Below are positions 1-11,602 of a stretch of 64,000 nucleotides of DNA, one piece after another. Origin of the DNA: Folioceros fuciformis (lineage: Eukaryota); the NCBI GenBank assembly GCA_049999805.1, contig JBNGIO010006380.1:112769-176768 (forward strand), read 5' to 3'. Made by a program: the position numbers and the translations under genes. The notes beneath the pieces are model-generated. The model did not search any database. It had not been told where the DNA came from and worked only from the letters and a program-made list of their open reading frames with translations. Position 1 is the stretch's first letter, and each line of letters opens with the position of its first letter.

Positions 1-281
1 CCCTTACCGGCCGCTTCCGCAGCACCCGCACTGGCACTACCGCCATAACCACTCTTACTCTTGTTCTGACTTTGGGTCTGGTTCTTCTCCTTGCTCTTTC
101 CGATCCCCTGGAACCTCAAATTCAGCGTCGGCGGCCCTCGCTTGGTCTTCTCCGCCACCTCGTAATCCTCCGAAAACTTGCCCCGCACCAATGCCGCGCG
201 CCTAGCAGCGATCCTGCGCTTCGAGGCTGAGACCCCGGCGGCCCGGGCCAGGCCGTCCCGGCCCAGCGCCAAGGCGTGCAT
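1..281 (-). CDS. 5' part of an unidentified gene running off the window edge; possible organelle transit peptide
   Basis: Open minus-strand frame from ATG at 281 to the edge: MHALALGRDGLARAAGVSASKRRIAARRAALVRGKFSEDYEVAEKTKRGPPTLNLRF... An in-frame TGA lies upstream. Ala/Arg-rich N-terminus; divergent from Lhca5. Confidence 0.45.
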   Translation of the reverse strand, partial: MHALALGRDGLARAAGVSASKRRIAARRAALVRGKFSEDYEVAEKTKRGPPTLNLRFQGIGKSKEKNQTQSQNKSKSGYGGSASAGAAEAAGK

Positions 282-713
282 GGCTGGTGCTGGCAGCGAT
301 CCTTCTACCGTCCCCTCTGCCGCTCCTCATGAAACCGGGCCAGAGCTGCGGACTCCGCGTACCTACGACACCGCGGACAGGGGCTCGCTTCCCTCATCAC
401 CTCTGCCACGCCATAGCCAAACAACACGAAAGCGCAACACCGACAGCTACTTAGCTCCGAGCGCAACGGACTGATCGACTGGTGATTCGTATGAGGCGCG
501 GAAGCTGATGACGGGGAGGGAAAGGTATGTGGCTCTGTGTAAACACTTGACAAAACCCACCAACTTGGCGCCTACTCGGCATCCTGCTGCGCACTGACTG
601 GCTAGTTCGAATTCGAGCTGTGTAAATATCTGCGACGCACGATCGGGTCTCTCCACCACGCATTTTTCCTCCTCTAGAGAGAAGAAGCTCCGACCTTGAT
701 CTCCAGCTGGGCC

Positions 714-1985
714 ATGGCAGCATCTGCGGCGGCCTCACCCTGCTCCTGCTCGTGCTCCCTCCTCCCGAGCTCGTTACGCCCTCCTGCTGGTTCGGCAGCC
801 TCTAGGCGATTTTCTCATCCAGTCTCTCGGCGATGGCGGCAGCTGGGATTGTCGGTCAAGGCCGCGGCAGCAACCTCCGGCGGGGACACAGCGTCTGTGG
901 AGAGGCCTCTCTGGCTGCCGGGCTCCACGGCCCCGGACTATCTTGATGGCTCGTAAGTCTGTCTGCAGGGGCATTGTATTTGCCGGCACTAGCCGCATTT
1001 TAGAATGCTGATGTAGTGGGAATGGGGAATGATTTTGGCAGTCTTCCGGGGGATTTTGGGTTCGATCCTCTGCAGCTCGGGAAGGACCCGCAGGACCTCC
1101 GGTGGTATGTGCAGGCAGAACTCGTGCACGCTCGGTTTGCAATGGCCGGAGTTGCTGGCATTCTCTTCACTGATGTGAGTTCTGGGTGAATCGAGAGCTT
1201 ACGTTCGTTTTCGCTGCCGTGGGCATTTTGCATGGACGCATCTTTCACTGCCTTGCAGTTGCTGCGAGTTACAGGTTTGGAAGACCTTCCTGTTTGGTTT
1301 GAAGCCGGGGCAACTGAATTCGAGTTTGCTGATACGGAGACGCTCTTCATCGTGCAATTGCTGTTGATGGGGTAAGGGGGAGTCGAATTTTCGTTCCCTG
1401 GTTGGCTGAAATCGTATGCTCTGTCTGCGTTGGAGTGACGTTGGTCACTTTTTTGTCCAGGTTTGCGGAAACTAAGAGGTACATGGATTTCAAGTCTCCT
1501 GGGTCCCAGGCAGCTGAAGGTTCATTCTTCGGCCTCGAAGCAGGCTTTGAGGGGTTAGGCCCCGGGTGAGAATGACGACCTCAGGAGGCATGTGGATTTT
1601 CTGTCTTGACATCTGGCATAACGGGCATGCTTAATCCCCTCCACCTTGGGCATCAGCTATCCTGCAGGTCCTTTCTTCAACCCGCTAGGTCTGGTCAAAG
1701 ACCTCTCCAAGGATAGTGGTTTGAGACTCAAGGAAATTAAGAACGGTACGGGAGCGTATGCCATCTTCACCCTATGCTCATCCTCGCTGCTGCCTTTCTG
1801 TGTGTGAAGAGGTTGTATAAGTGGTCTCGCATGTCACAGGGCGGCTTGCCATGGTTTCTATGGTGGGATTCTTCGTCCAGGCGTCCATTACCAAAGTGGG
1901 GCCGTTGGAGAACCTCTTACAACATCTTTCAGATCCTTGGCACAACACCATTTTGCAAGTTCTCTCCCACTCAGGATCATATTAG
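714..1985 (+). CDS. LHCA5: Photosystem I light-harvesting chlorophyll a/b protein Lhca5 (6 exons, transit peptide)
   Basis: Spliced across GT-AG introns: [31 protein letters not shown]...[30 protein letters not shown]...PVWFEAGA...[51 protein letters not shown]...[21 protein letters not shown]...[22 protein letters not shown] and ILFTDLLR are Lhca5-type signatures. Stop TAG at 1983-1985. Confidence 0.9.
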
Positions 1986-2537
1986 GCACAGATGCCACCC
2001 CCAAATGGGTGGCTGCTGCACCCAGCTTCTGCGCAATCAGAATCTTTCATGTCTTTCCTGTTCGATCGTCCCGCCCTGGAATTCGTCATCAGGAACTTGA
2101 GCAGGGTCGGGACTTGGCGTCGGATATCGTCTTCATCTCTCCTTTTCATCCACGGAGACAATTCCGCAGCTGTTGTTGAACACCCCCGAGAATCATTCAA
2201 GTACATGTGATTTCATGGCGTCCATCCGGATTAGCAACTCTGGCTAACACAGGTCCCCGCTGGAAAGGTTTTGTCGACATCTGCTGTCCTGGTACGCTAT
2301 TCAAGGCACATGATTTAAAGCGCTTCCGGATATCGCCAATGGTAGGCTTACGACCTGCAGAGGCAGGCTAGCTGGAGCTGGTTGAAAATGGCCAAGACTT
2401 CCGAATGGCACGCCTTCAACATCTAAACCATCACCTTTCGGGACCGGCTCCTGTACTGGCCCTAGTTTAATTCCCTGAGCTGGGACATGTTAAAGCATGC
2501 TTAGAGTGTACTTGTGATTCAGAGAAATAGAAGTATA

Positions 2538-2805
2538 ATACAAGTAAAAGTATTAAGGTGAATACAAGTAAAAGTATGATGGTGAATACAAAACTGAATC
2601 TTGGGTGCACATTCTTATTTGAGCGCCATAATGTAGGTTTCATACCTTACCTTCCCTGACCTTCTCGTCGTCGTCGCCACGTGCCTCTTCCTTTACCCTT
2701 CTTGTCGTCGTCGCCACGTGCCTCTTCAATACTTAAACCGTGGACTGTTCACCGGGGAGAAGGCCTCTTCAATACTTAAGCCGTGGACTATTCACGGGGA
2801 GAAGT
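2538..2805. repeat. Cluster of short tandem duplications
   Basis: aatacaagtaaaagtat..ggtg about x2 (24 bp); gtcgtcgtcgccacgtgcctcttc x2; cctcttcaatacttaa.ccgtggact.ttcac.ggggagaag x2. Confidence 0.75.
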
Positions 2806-3181
2806 ATTCCGACTCTAATCCATACTCCGGATCACTTTCGCCACCAAGTGAAGAGGCAGGAAGTAGCCTGTAGTCCTCAAAAGCTCTAGTATTTCATTTC
2901 TTCATCAACTTGTGTCTTACAACAAGCTTGCAAAGTTGACACTTCCAAGCTCAATCTAGCCTTTCAATAACTCGTATTCTCTCAACGAGCCTGCCTAAGA
3001 GCTATAAGCTTATAAGAAAGAAGCGTTTGTTTCCTTCAGTCACCATAAAATCTCCTCCACCTGCATCTACACTTCTCAGAGCTGAGCTGTAACTTGGCTT
3101 CTCAAATCCTCAATCGGGTCACATGATCTTGCACACCACGCACACGCACACCTCAATCGGATTTCCAAGAAGAGAATGCTC

Positions 3182-3437
3182 CCTCAAGAGAAAGCTTATT
3201 CCCAGAAAGCAAGAGAATACAACCTCAAGAGAAAGCTTATTCCCAGAAAGCAAGAGAATACAAGCTTACAGCTGCAGCGGACACCACTGAGCTAGGCGTT
3301 TATGCGGGCTAGGCGTTTATGCGGACACCACTGAGCTAGGCATTTATGCGGGCTAGGCGTTTATGCGGACACCATTGAGCTAGGCGTTTATGCGGGCTAG
3401 GCGTTTATGCGGACACCACTGAGCTAGGCGTTTATGC
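3182..3437. repeat. Tandem repeats: about 41-bp unit x2, then 44-bp unit x about 3.6
   Basis: cctcaagagaaagcttattcccagaaagcaagagaatacaa x2; gcggacaccactgagctaggcgtttatgcgggctaggcgtttat repeated from 3278 to 3437. Confidence 0.9.
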
Positions 3438-3452
3438 CTGCTACTTTTCGTC

Positions 3453-4177
3453 TCACAAGAGTTTCGCTCCCTCTCAGCTTTCCAGAGGTTTCACGAAACT
3501 GGCGTTCCCACCCTAACCTTCTGCAAAAATTTCTCTTCCTCACAGGTGTAGAGCACCCCTTCCACTAGCCACACCAGTTGCGGAGTTGGTCACACAGCTC
3601 TTGGCCATCCCAAGATCTTCCTAGTCTTCTTGTGATGAGAGGACGGCATGCCGAATCAAGCCTCCATCTCTTGGCCATCCCAAGGATCTTCTTAGTCCTC
3701 TTGTGATGAGAGGACGGCATGCCGAATCAGGCCTCCATTGATCGGATGTCTCCAACCCATAGCACACAAATTCAACACACGGAAGTTTACACCTGGAATT
3801 GTCTAAAGAGAAAGACGCAACAAGGTCTCTAGAAAGCCAAGAGTTTCGCGAAACTCTTGTGAGCCGTCTGGCTATGATTTTTCCCTTCCTCACTTTGATG
3901 CCTAACCGAATCATGTTTAATCTTTGGAGGGGTCTTGTGTGGCCCGTGAGGGGACTCTATGTCCCAAGGAGAGGCCTGTGTGGCCTACGAGGGGACTGTG
4001 TGTCCCAAGAAGAGGCTTGTGTGGCCTAGGAGGGGATTGTGTGTCCCAAAGGTTGAGGTGGCTAGTGGAGAAGGGTGCTCTACATCGTGAGGAAGGGGAA
4101 TTTTTGCAGAAGGTCAGGATGGGGACGCGAGTTTTGCGAAACCCTTGGAAAGCCGAGAAGGAGTGCGAGTTTTGTGA
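3453..4177. repeat. Imperfect inverted repeat of about 120 bp (3453-3572 / 4058-4177) enclosing a 70-bp direct duplication
   Basis: The reverse complement of ...aaccttctgcaaaaatttctcttcctcacaggtgtagagcaccccttccactagccac matches gtggctagtggagaagggtgctctacatcgtgaggaaggggaatttttgcagaaggtc. Internal duplication ctcttggccatcccaag...gcctccat at 3598-3738. Confidence 0.8.
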
Positions 4178-4440
4178 AATTCTCATGGAGCCATCTGCCT
4201 GTTATTTTTCATGCTGCTTGACTGGATCGTGTTTCATCTTAAGAAGGAGTCTATGTGGCTCAAGGAGGAGTCTATGTGGCTTAAGAAGAATCTCTATGGA
4301 TCAAGGAGGAGGAGTCTGTGTGGCTCAAGAAGAATCTCTATCGTTCAAGGAGAAGTCTATGTGGCTTCGAGAGGAGTTTGTGTGGCTTAAGGAGGAGTCT
4401 ATGTGGCTCTAGGAGGAGTATGTGTGGCTCAAGGAGGAGG
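3925..4440. repeat. Degenerate minisatellite of about 21 bp (gtggctcaaggaggagtctat-like), in two blocks
   Basis: Repeated gtggc(c/t)..aggagg.(g/t)ct.t units at 3925-4050 and 4243-4440. Confidence 0.8.
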
Positions 4441-5608
4441 ATTGAGTGGAGATTGAGTGTGTGAGAAGTGTGTGTGGATGAGATTGAGAGGTGGTGAGAA
4501 AGATTGCTGATAGATTGAGTGGGGAAATCAGTGAGAATCAATGATGTAGAGGGGTGCCGCAATGTGGCTGGTTCTAATCTGCATCTACCAGTGAGATCTG
4601 TTATAGAAAGGTCCCGCATTGGACACACCTCCAAAAGGGACATATGGCAAATATGTTGCCACATACTTCTTGAAAAAAAAAAAAAAAAAAAAAGAGGATA
4701 GGTACCCTTCTTTGCTTTGATCCATTCTATGAGATCACCAGCAAGGAGGCCAAGAATGCATGGGTCTTTTGTTCCAACTATGTGTTCATTGAAACACATA
4801 GTTATCATCATTGTTCACAATGAATAGTTGGCTAAATTCTTTCTACACTAAAGGCTTTGGTTTCACTTCAAACCAGATTAAGGTTATGTAAGTATGGGTA
4901 TGATGACAAAGAAGAATATATGAATTGATTAACATGACTGTACAACCATTGAGGGTAGGAGGAGGAGCCTTACTGATCATGGTGAGCAATCTTCCTACTT
5001 CGGGATTTTTGAGCCCAAGAAATACTCTAGGCTAGGATGGAACAAGATGCTGGTGAGTGGAACACAAGATGCATGGATTGGTAATAATGCCTAAGCAAAA
5101 AGCCATTAAGATGCCACTAGGATTCACATGCAAATACGATTTTCATCGTCATAGGATCTAAAATAACGAGAAATAAAGGTCACCGTCCTTACAGAAGTAT
5201 TTCGTGATTTGACCGACAGGTGTACGCCGGGAACCCCGTGTATGGTCGAGCACTTCCCCAACATCACCAAAGGGGTGCGTTCTCCTTACTTCTGGATCTG
5301 TGCTGTGCTGCTTCCGGACGTCATCCGCGTGTGCGATTGTCGCGGTTCATCGAGCGTGAGTATCGGTTCCTTCTGCGAATTCTCGGCTGAGGGTTGGTCG
5401 TGAAGCTAATCTTTGTGAGACAGGATACACCGTGAGTACTCTCGGTGTGCATGCTGTGGACCCTCGTGGAAGTGTTTGTCGTTTCTGGAGTATTTGGAGC
5501 TGGCATTTTCTGGCAAAGCGCTGCGGCTGGCACTTGATTTCACCCTGGATTTCCTGTTTGCAGGAGGAAGCGGGTACAAGACAGGGCGGCAGATCCGAGT
5601 GGAGCAAA

Positions 5609-6714
5609 ATGAATGACGCAGATGTCGCCAAACAGGTGCAGCAGATGGTGCAGTTCATCCGGCAGGAAGCTGAGGAGAAGGCAAGCGAGATCGGCGTCTC
5701 TGCGGAAGAGGTGAGGGCTAAGACCGATGATCGGCCCTCTTGGTGTGGCCTCCCTTCGGTTGAGTTGAGTTTGACTGCACTGGTGGATGGTGTTTACAGG
5801 AATTCAACATCCATAAGTTGCAGTTAGTGGAGGCTGAGAAGCGGAAGATCAAGCAGGAGTACGAGCGCAAGGAGAAGCAAGTAGAAGTTCGTCGGAAAAT
5901 GTGAGGGTCTGAGAGCCTGCCTCGTTTTAGGTTAGGGAATGACTTTAAAATCTCATGACTCGTTGCGTCTCCAGTGAGTATTCTATGCAACTCAATCAGG
6001 CACGGCTGAAGGTTCTCCAAGCTCAAGATGACATTGTGCAGTCCCTCAAGGGGACGGTGGAGAAGCACATGCACGACGTCAGCTCTGACCATGAGCTCTA
6101 TGCCCATCTGCTTACGCAACTTATTGTACAGGTTCTCAATTTGTATGCCGTTCTGATTGCCTCTTATAAAGATCGAAAATCAGGTGAGGAATGTGAGACC
6201 TTGCTGTTGTTTTGTGCCAGGGTCTCATGAGATTGAAGGAACCCTCTGTGCTCTTGCGCTGCCGTGAAGCGGATCTCCATCTGGTGGAGTCTGTCCTTGA
6301 GGATGCCAAGGGACAGTATGCTGAGAAGTTAGAGACTCATCCACCCGAAATTACTGTTGATCGCACGACATATCTGTCAGCTGCTCCAAAATGGTAGAGC
6401 TTTTGGTGCTCTATCTCAGTGCCGCACCGTACCCCGCTGCCGAATTTGTTGCTGAAGGTTGAAGTCTGTTGGTTGTGGCAGTGCTGGAGGAGTGGTCCTT
6501 GCAAGTAAGGATGGCAAGATTGTTCTCGAAAACACCTTGGACGCAAGGTTGGAGATCGTCTTCAAAAATCAACTTCCGGAGGTGTGTTTTGGTTTGGTTG
6601 AGCTCTGCCTTGTCACGATTATTGTGATGCTGTGGCAGCTGACTATCTTCACATGTTATTATGTCTCAGGTCCGTAAAAGATTGTTTCGGGGTACCACAC
6701 TCTCTGGTGCCTAA
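5609..6714 (+). CDS. VHA-E: Vacuolar H+-ATPase V1 subunit E (6 exons)
   Basis: MNDADVAKQVQQMVQFIRQEAEEKASEIGVSAEE|EFNIHKLQLVEAEKRKIKQEYERKEKQVEVRRKI|EYSMQLNQARLKVLQAQDDIV...|GLMRLKEPSVLLRCRE...|CAGGVVLASKDGKIVLENTLDARLEIVFKNQLPE|VRKRLF. TAA at 6712-6714. Confidence 0.96.
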
Positions 6715-8198
6715 GGAGATGGAACTGTCGCAGGGCTCTTGGCACGTCCTATGCGTTTTTTGTTTTCCTTGTTTCCCTGCTCGCATGTGGCTAGGATGGG
6801 AAGTGGGGTTTGTTACTTCGAGTGGACCCTGCAGGCGCTGAGGGCTTCCCACTTAGGTATCAACTGAAACTCACATATACCTTACCTGGAACGTGAAGGG
6901 TGCCAAAGCCTTGTGATTCATGTACCGAATTCCAGAAGTCCGTTTCTTGTCCAGTTATAAATGGGCTCAGGCCATGTTCCAAGTGGATGCGAAGTCATCA
7001 GATGCTCTATGATTAAACGATTGACAAAACCTAGGGTTTCTATGTTGCATATGTCTACGGGTGGACAACAGGAGTTGACGTTGTATGACGATTGGGGTTA
7101 CAAACTCCACACTAAAATTGCAGCAGTTTCGGCTAGGAAATAATAGAGAAATTGTTTCCCTACCGTGAGCCACCCTCGACGCTTCATAAGAGTACGGAAT
7201 ATACGCACAAACCTCGGACGAGTGAGGGATCAGCATAAAAACCTGAAACCAAGCAGACATCAAATTTTGTTTTTCAACAGAGGAACATTGGCGGCACTCA
7301 GGCCAGGGCCAGCTTGGGAGAAGAAAATGAGGCCAGGGATAGCGACAAATAGACATTCACCCTGCCGGCCCACTCCAGGCCACTACAATTGAGCAGCTCC
7401 TGGAAACGCATCTGCTTCTGCTTAGTGGGATCATCTTCCTTGGAAAGGGCCCGAAGAGAGGAAGGAGCCTTCTGATTAGGTACCAGCTATCCAATGGTTG
7501 TTTGACGGCCATTGGGATTGAAATGAGACATAACAACAACCAACCAGACAAATGTCTTTGGGAAGCAGCAGGTGGTGTTGGAGGGATGGGCGGTCCTTAC
7601 GGACGAAGGCAGACCCGTTCCACGGCGCGACCACGTCAGGATCGGCGCTCGCGCTGCTGCTCTGTGTTTTCTTGCAACGCAATTATCACCGCCTTTTGCT
7701 GGTTGCTGCTGCTTATGCACTTCGTGCGGCGGCCTGGTCCGTCGCTGGTGCCACGAGCTCTCGGCCAGGACGATTACTCGTCTCTGCACCTCAAAACGAG
7801 ATCTGGCTGGAGCTCTGCGTTCGCTTTGTTTAGGGGAAACCGGAGCAAGCTGCTGAAGGAGAGAGCGACGCGGGAGATCCTTGAGGAAGCAGTCCACATA
7901 CCAAGCCTCGAGTGTCGAGAAACCGAACGATGTTGACAGGAGGGCCGTCAGTGGACACACTGACCTTCACTCACGGTTCCTCACAACTGGACGGTCCGGG
8001 AGAAGACCACATGCTGGCGCGATGCCCTGATGATTTACAGAGGCAGATTGATGAGTCTCTAAATCTTGACGCAGGATACAGAGGAGAGACCGATGGCACA
8101 GTGTGATTTGCTTGCGTCTATGAGCTGCGTCACGGAAGTCTGATATCAGTGTTTAGATTACCGGTGTAATATATAGGTTGGATGGTCCGTCTGCCTCT

Positions 8199-11100
8199 TC
8201 AATTGCTAGAAGCCAATGGCTCCTTCCCCCGGTTAGGACTACGTTTATTTTCAATCTGCCCCTCTGTCCTACGTCCGCTCATGTCAGTCTCAGAAGGGCC
8301 AGACTCGTGAATGGGCTCCGATTCCTCCGTAGGCTTAGGTTCCTCTGTAGACTCCAACTCCCCCGTGCACTGAAGTTCCTCGGTAACCTGAAAGTTCCCG
8401 ACGGTTTGAGCTCCCTCAGTAGGCTGAGCTGCCTCAGTAGGCTGAGAGGCCTCGGTAGGCTGCACCGCCTCAGTAGGCTGAGAGGCCTCGGTAGGCTGCA
8501 CCGCCTCAGTAGGCTGAACCGCCTCAGTAGGCTGAACCGCCTCAGTAGGCTGAACCGCCTCAACAGGCTGAGAGGCTTCGGTAGGCTGAATCGACTCAGT
8601 AGGCTGAACCGCCACGGTAGGCAGAACTGCGTCCGTAGCATGATAACTCACAGTAGGCTGAACATCATCAGTAGCCTGGGATTCGCTAGAAGTCGGAGAT
8701 CCCTCCGCCGGCAATGGCAGGGATTCCTCCACCAAAGCGTTGCGTACAAGAACAATCGGTGTCCGTTCGTCGGCGTTGCCTGGGAACATAAGAAAAATTA
8801 GTACTGTTCACCTTTGAACAAACACATGGTTTTCAAGGTACCCTACCGGCAGGATTGTTGATGAGCGCAGCCTTCAAGGCCTTGCGGTCCACACCGTCGG
8901 ATGTCTGTTTGGCATAAACGAATCAAACTGGTAAGAGCGAACTGGGGTATGACCCGAACTGGTACAGGACGGGGGTCCACAACAATTGGTCTTCAGGTTT
9001 CATCCTACTTACAGCTAGAATTTGGACCCTCTTCAAGTCGTTGACGTCCACTACCGCAATATTAAGCCCTGTAAACATGGTCGGTGATGCAATGATCAGG
9101 CCCAGAGGGATGGCAGAGTAAACGAATCAGAACAGAAGTGATTTACAAAGGAAGGAGTGCACACTGACCAGTTTTTGCCTTCAAGGCATCGACAGTATCC
9201 TTGACGTGGACCTGCCAGTGTTTGAGCTGAGAACTGCAACCAATGTCAAACTGGTGCAGATAAACAAAAACCGAAAGCACTGCTGACTCACTGGGCCCAG
9301 CGTAATAAACTGATCGTATGGTGGGAGAGTTCCACTCACGTCATCTATAAGTCTTGCCTGTCGGGTACATAGACAGGAGAATGTTACTGCCGACAGGCAA
9401 GAAAAAGCAAGACTCTACTACGGCACCATCCTGATTACGAAAGAAACTGGGTGAATGATGCATGTGAGAGACCTGCTGTCCAGCCAGACGGTAGAACATC
9501 CCTCGAATCCCCACCAGTCTGCACAAATTGAAGTATTCCACATGATCTTGCTTATAAGCGCCAAGGAGTCCTCTGATGACAACAACTCAAAGAACTCACC
9601 TTGCAGCCACCGCGATCATGACAGCGAACACAACCCTCAGCCTTCCGGATATGTCAACAAGAGTCTGTTACATCGGCTAGGTTAGCCCGCTGCTGCTAGG
9701 CTCTGCAGTGCCGAATCTTGAGGCAAACACAGAATTCAATTATACCTGCATCCCGCAGGCAGTGGCCAATGACGATGTAGGATGAAACAAGAGGCAAGCC
9801 AGTTTTGCAACCAGACCTGGACGAACACTTTGCGGATGACGAAACCGTCCTGCACAGCCAGGGCATCGATTGTAAACCTTTTCTCAACAAACATGCAGAA
9901 TGAGGGACACCCATAACTTCACCAGGCAATGCAGCACAATAATTACCCTGCATGATTGCCAATGGCGTTTCCGCAATTGCAATGACATCACCAGCCTTTG
10001 CATATGGTAGGACGTAACTGCAACCACCAAGGTATCTAGCTAAGGCATCAGAAATGCAAACCCCAACAAAGAATAGACGGGCAACTGTTTTACTCACGTT
10101 TCAAGAACGTTCACTGGGTCATCCAAATGACAAAGAAGATGCGTTTGAATTGGAAGAACTTCCCTCTGCTCTAGCCTGCATCAACAAAAATCACCACTCA
10201 GTTCAGGTGCAGCACATACCAGGGTTTCCTATCAGAACCCTTATCTCAAGGGCAGACGATTACTCACGGCTGCAAGCTGGGATCCTCGGACGAAGCTTCA
10301 GGGTAGTTCAAGGGCAGAACAACATGTTGGGAATGCAAGCCACGACCATGTGGCCCATATGAGACATAAGCAACCTCCAGACGGACAGCCTGCCACCAAA
10401 CATTCTTTCAGATTCCACTCCAGATGAGGGCAAAGTAAAAGTTGGGCACAACTAAGTTATGAAGACAGCTATCATTTCAGTTAGTCATGTCAGACGAAAC
10501 CCAGATTATAAGGTCTCACCAAGCAAGATGGTTGTGTCTTTAAGAGTTCATGCCTGAAGTTCCTTCAAAGATCCTTCAAAGATAGTCTGTATGTCCACAA
10601 CGACCTGCAGCCAAGTAGAGGCTCTAGCCATTAGCAGAAAACCTCATCTACAAACACAGACGGAAAATCACAAGATGAGGTGCTGCATCATACTTCCATA
10701 AACGTAGACTCTCCAGCACGGGTGATGTACGCTTGCCAATAGCCATCATCTCGTGCACTGGGCTTGTCTCCAGGATGCCGAGGCGCAACCTGCAGCTTGG
10801 CTCAAGTCAGTATTTCAGGCACAAGCTAAGGAAATCTATGCCGGATTTAACCCAACCAATCAACACCGTACCTTAACAGTTGAATGTATGTTTTCTAGGC
10901 CACCTTTAGACAACAAGCGTACTGTTGCTTTCACCTCTGGCACGAAGAGCTCAAAATTCTTGGTGATATTGCAAAACCTGCAACGTCCGAAGTCCTGATA
11001 ATGTTCAGAACAGTCTACTGAAATGAAGGTCCAACACTCCAGAACAAGACCATACTCCAGGGTACAAGCATCACGTACTGCATTTGTCCCCGCAGTCGGT

Positions 11101-11602
11101 AATGGGTAGGCTGCCTCCGCTCCCAACCCCACAGCCCACGGGTTAGCACTAACCCATCACCAGGCTTTTTCTGCAACCGCAAGACAGCATCATCCCACCA
11201 ACCATACCCTCATTAGCGCCAAAGACCCATCAGGCAGGAAATTCGTGACTGGTTGAGGCATCACCAAACCTGAATTGACAGAAGACGTGGCAATTCCCGA
11301 GAGAGCCAGTGAATGTTGCGCATGCCGTAGGTGCAGTCCCACGGAGGTGTCCGGGTGGCCTGCCGATTGTCTGCCGAGACGGTGGTCGTGGCTTCTGATG
11401 AGGCTCCAGAGCCAGCTTCGGCATTGGCTGCAGCACGAACCAGCTTCTTGGTCCCATCCTTCCACCCTCGACTGGGAACCGAAGAGGTCGACAGTCCATC
11501 TTTGTGGCCAACTTCAACGCCCCTGCATCTGGGGACTCCGAAAAGAGGCTCAGAGGGCCGCAAAGAGTGACATGGTGGAACAGCGAGCATGGAGGCACAC
11601 AT
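8199..11602 (-). CDS. Cyanobacterial-type F420-0:gamma-glutamyl ligase (CofE)-like protein, many small exons, predicted plastid transit peptide, acidic repeat tail
   Basis: Minus-strand exons read FELFVPEVKATVRLL; VAPRHPGDKPSARDDGYWQAYITRAG; YVLPYAKAGDVIAIAETPLAIMQG; LVGIRGMFYRLAGQQ; ARLIDDVSGTLPPYDQFITLGP; GLNIAVVDVNDLKRVQILA; RKALKAALINNPA; GNADERTPIVLVR. This is the motif order I recognise from cyanobacterial CofE-like proteins. The start codon is tentative. Confidence 0.8.
8413..8680 (-). repeat. Coding 18-bp tandem repeat (AVQPTE/ASQPTE hexapeptide)
   Basis: cctcagtaggctgaaccg-type units, about 12 or more copies, in the last exon of the CofE-like gene. Confidence 0.9.

Noticed and set aside
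3278-3437. Regularly spaced repeats resembling CRISPR or iterons
   Set aside because: Pure tandem minisatellite without variable spacers.
3924-4412. 162-aa ORF with RRGLCGL repeats
   Set aside because: Translation of the 21-bp minisatellite; no coding evidence.
8178-8801. Plus-strand 207-aa ORF with RLSRLN repeats
   Set aside because: Antisense shadow of the 18-bp repeat in the CofE-like gene's last exon.
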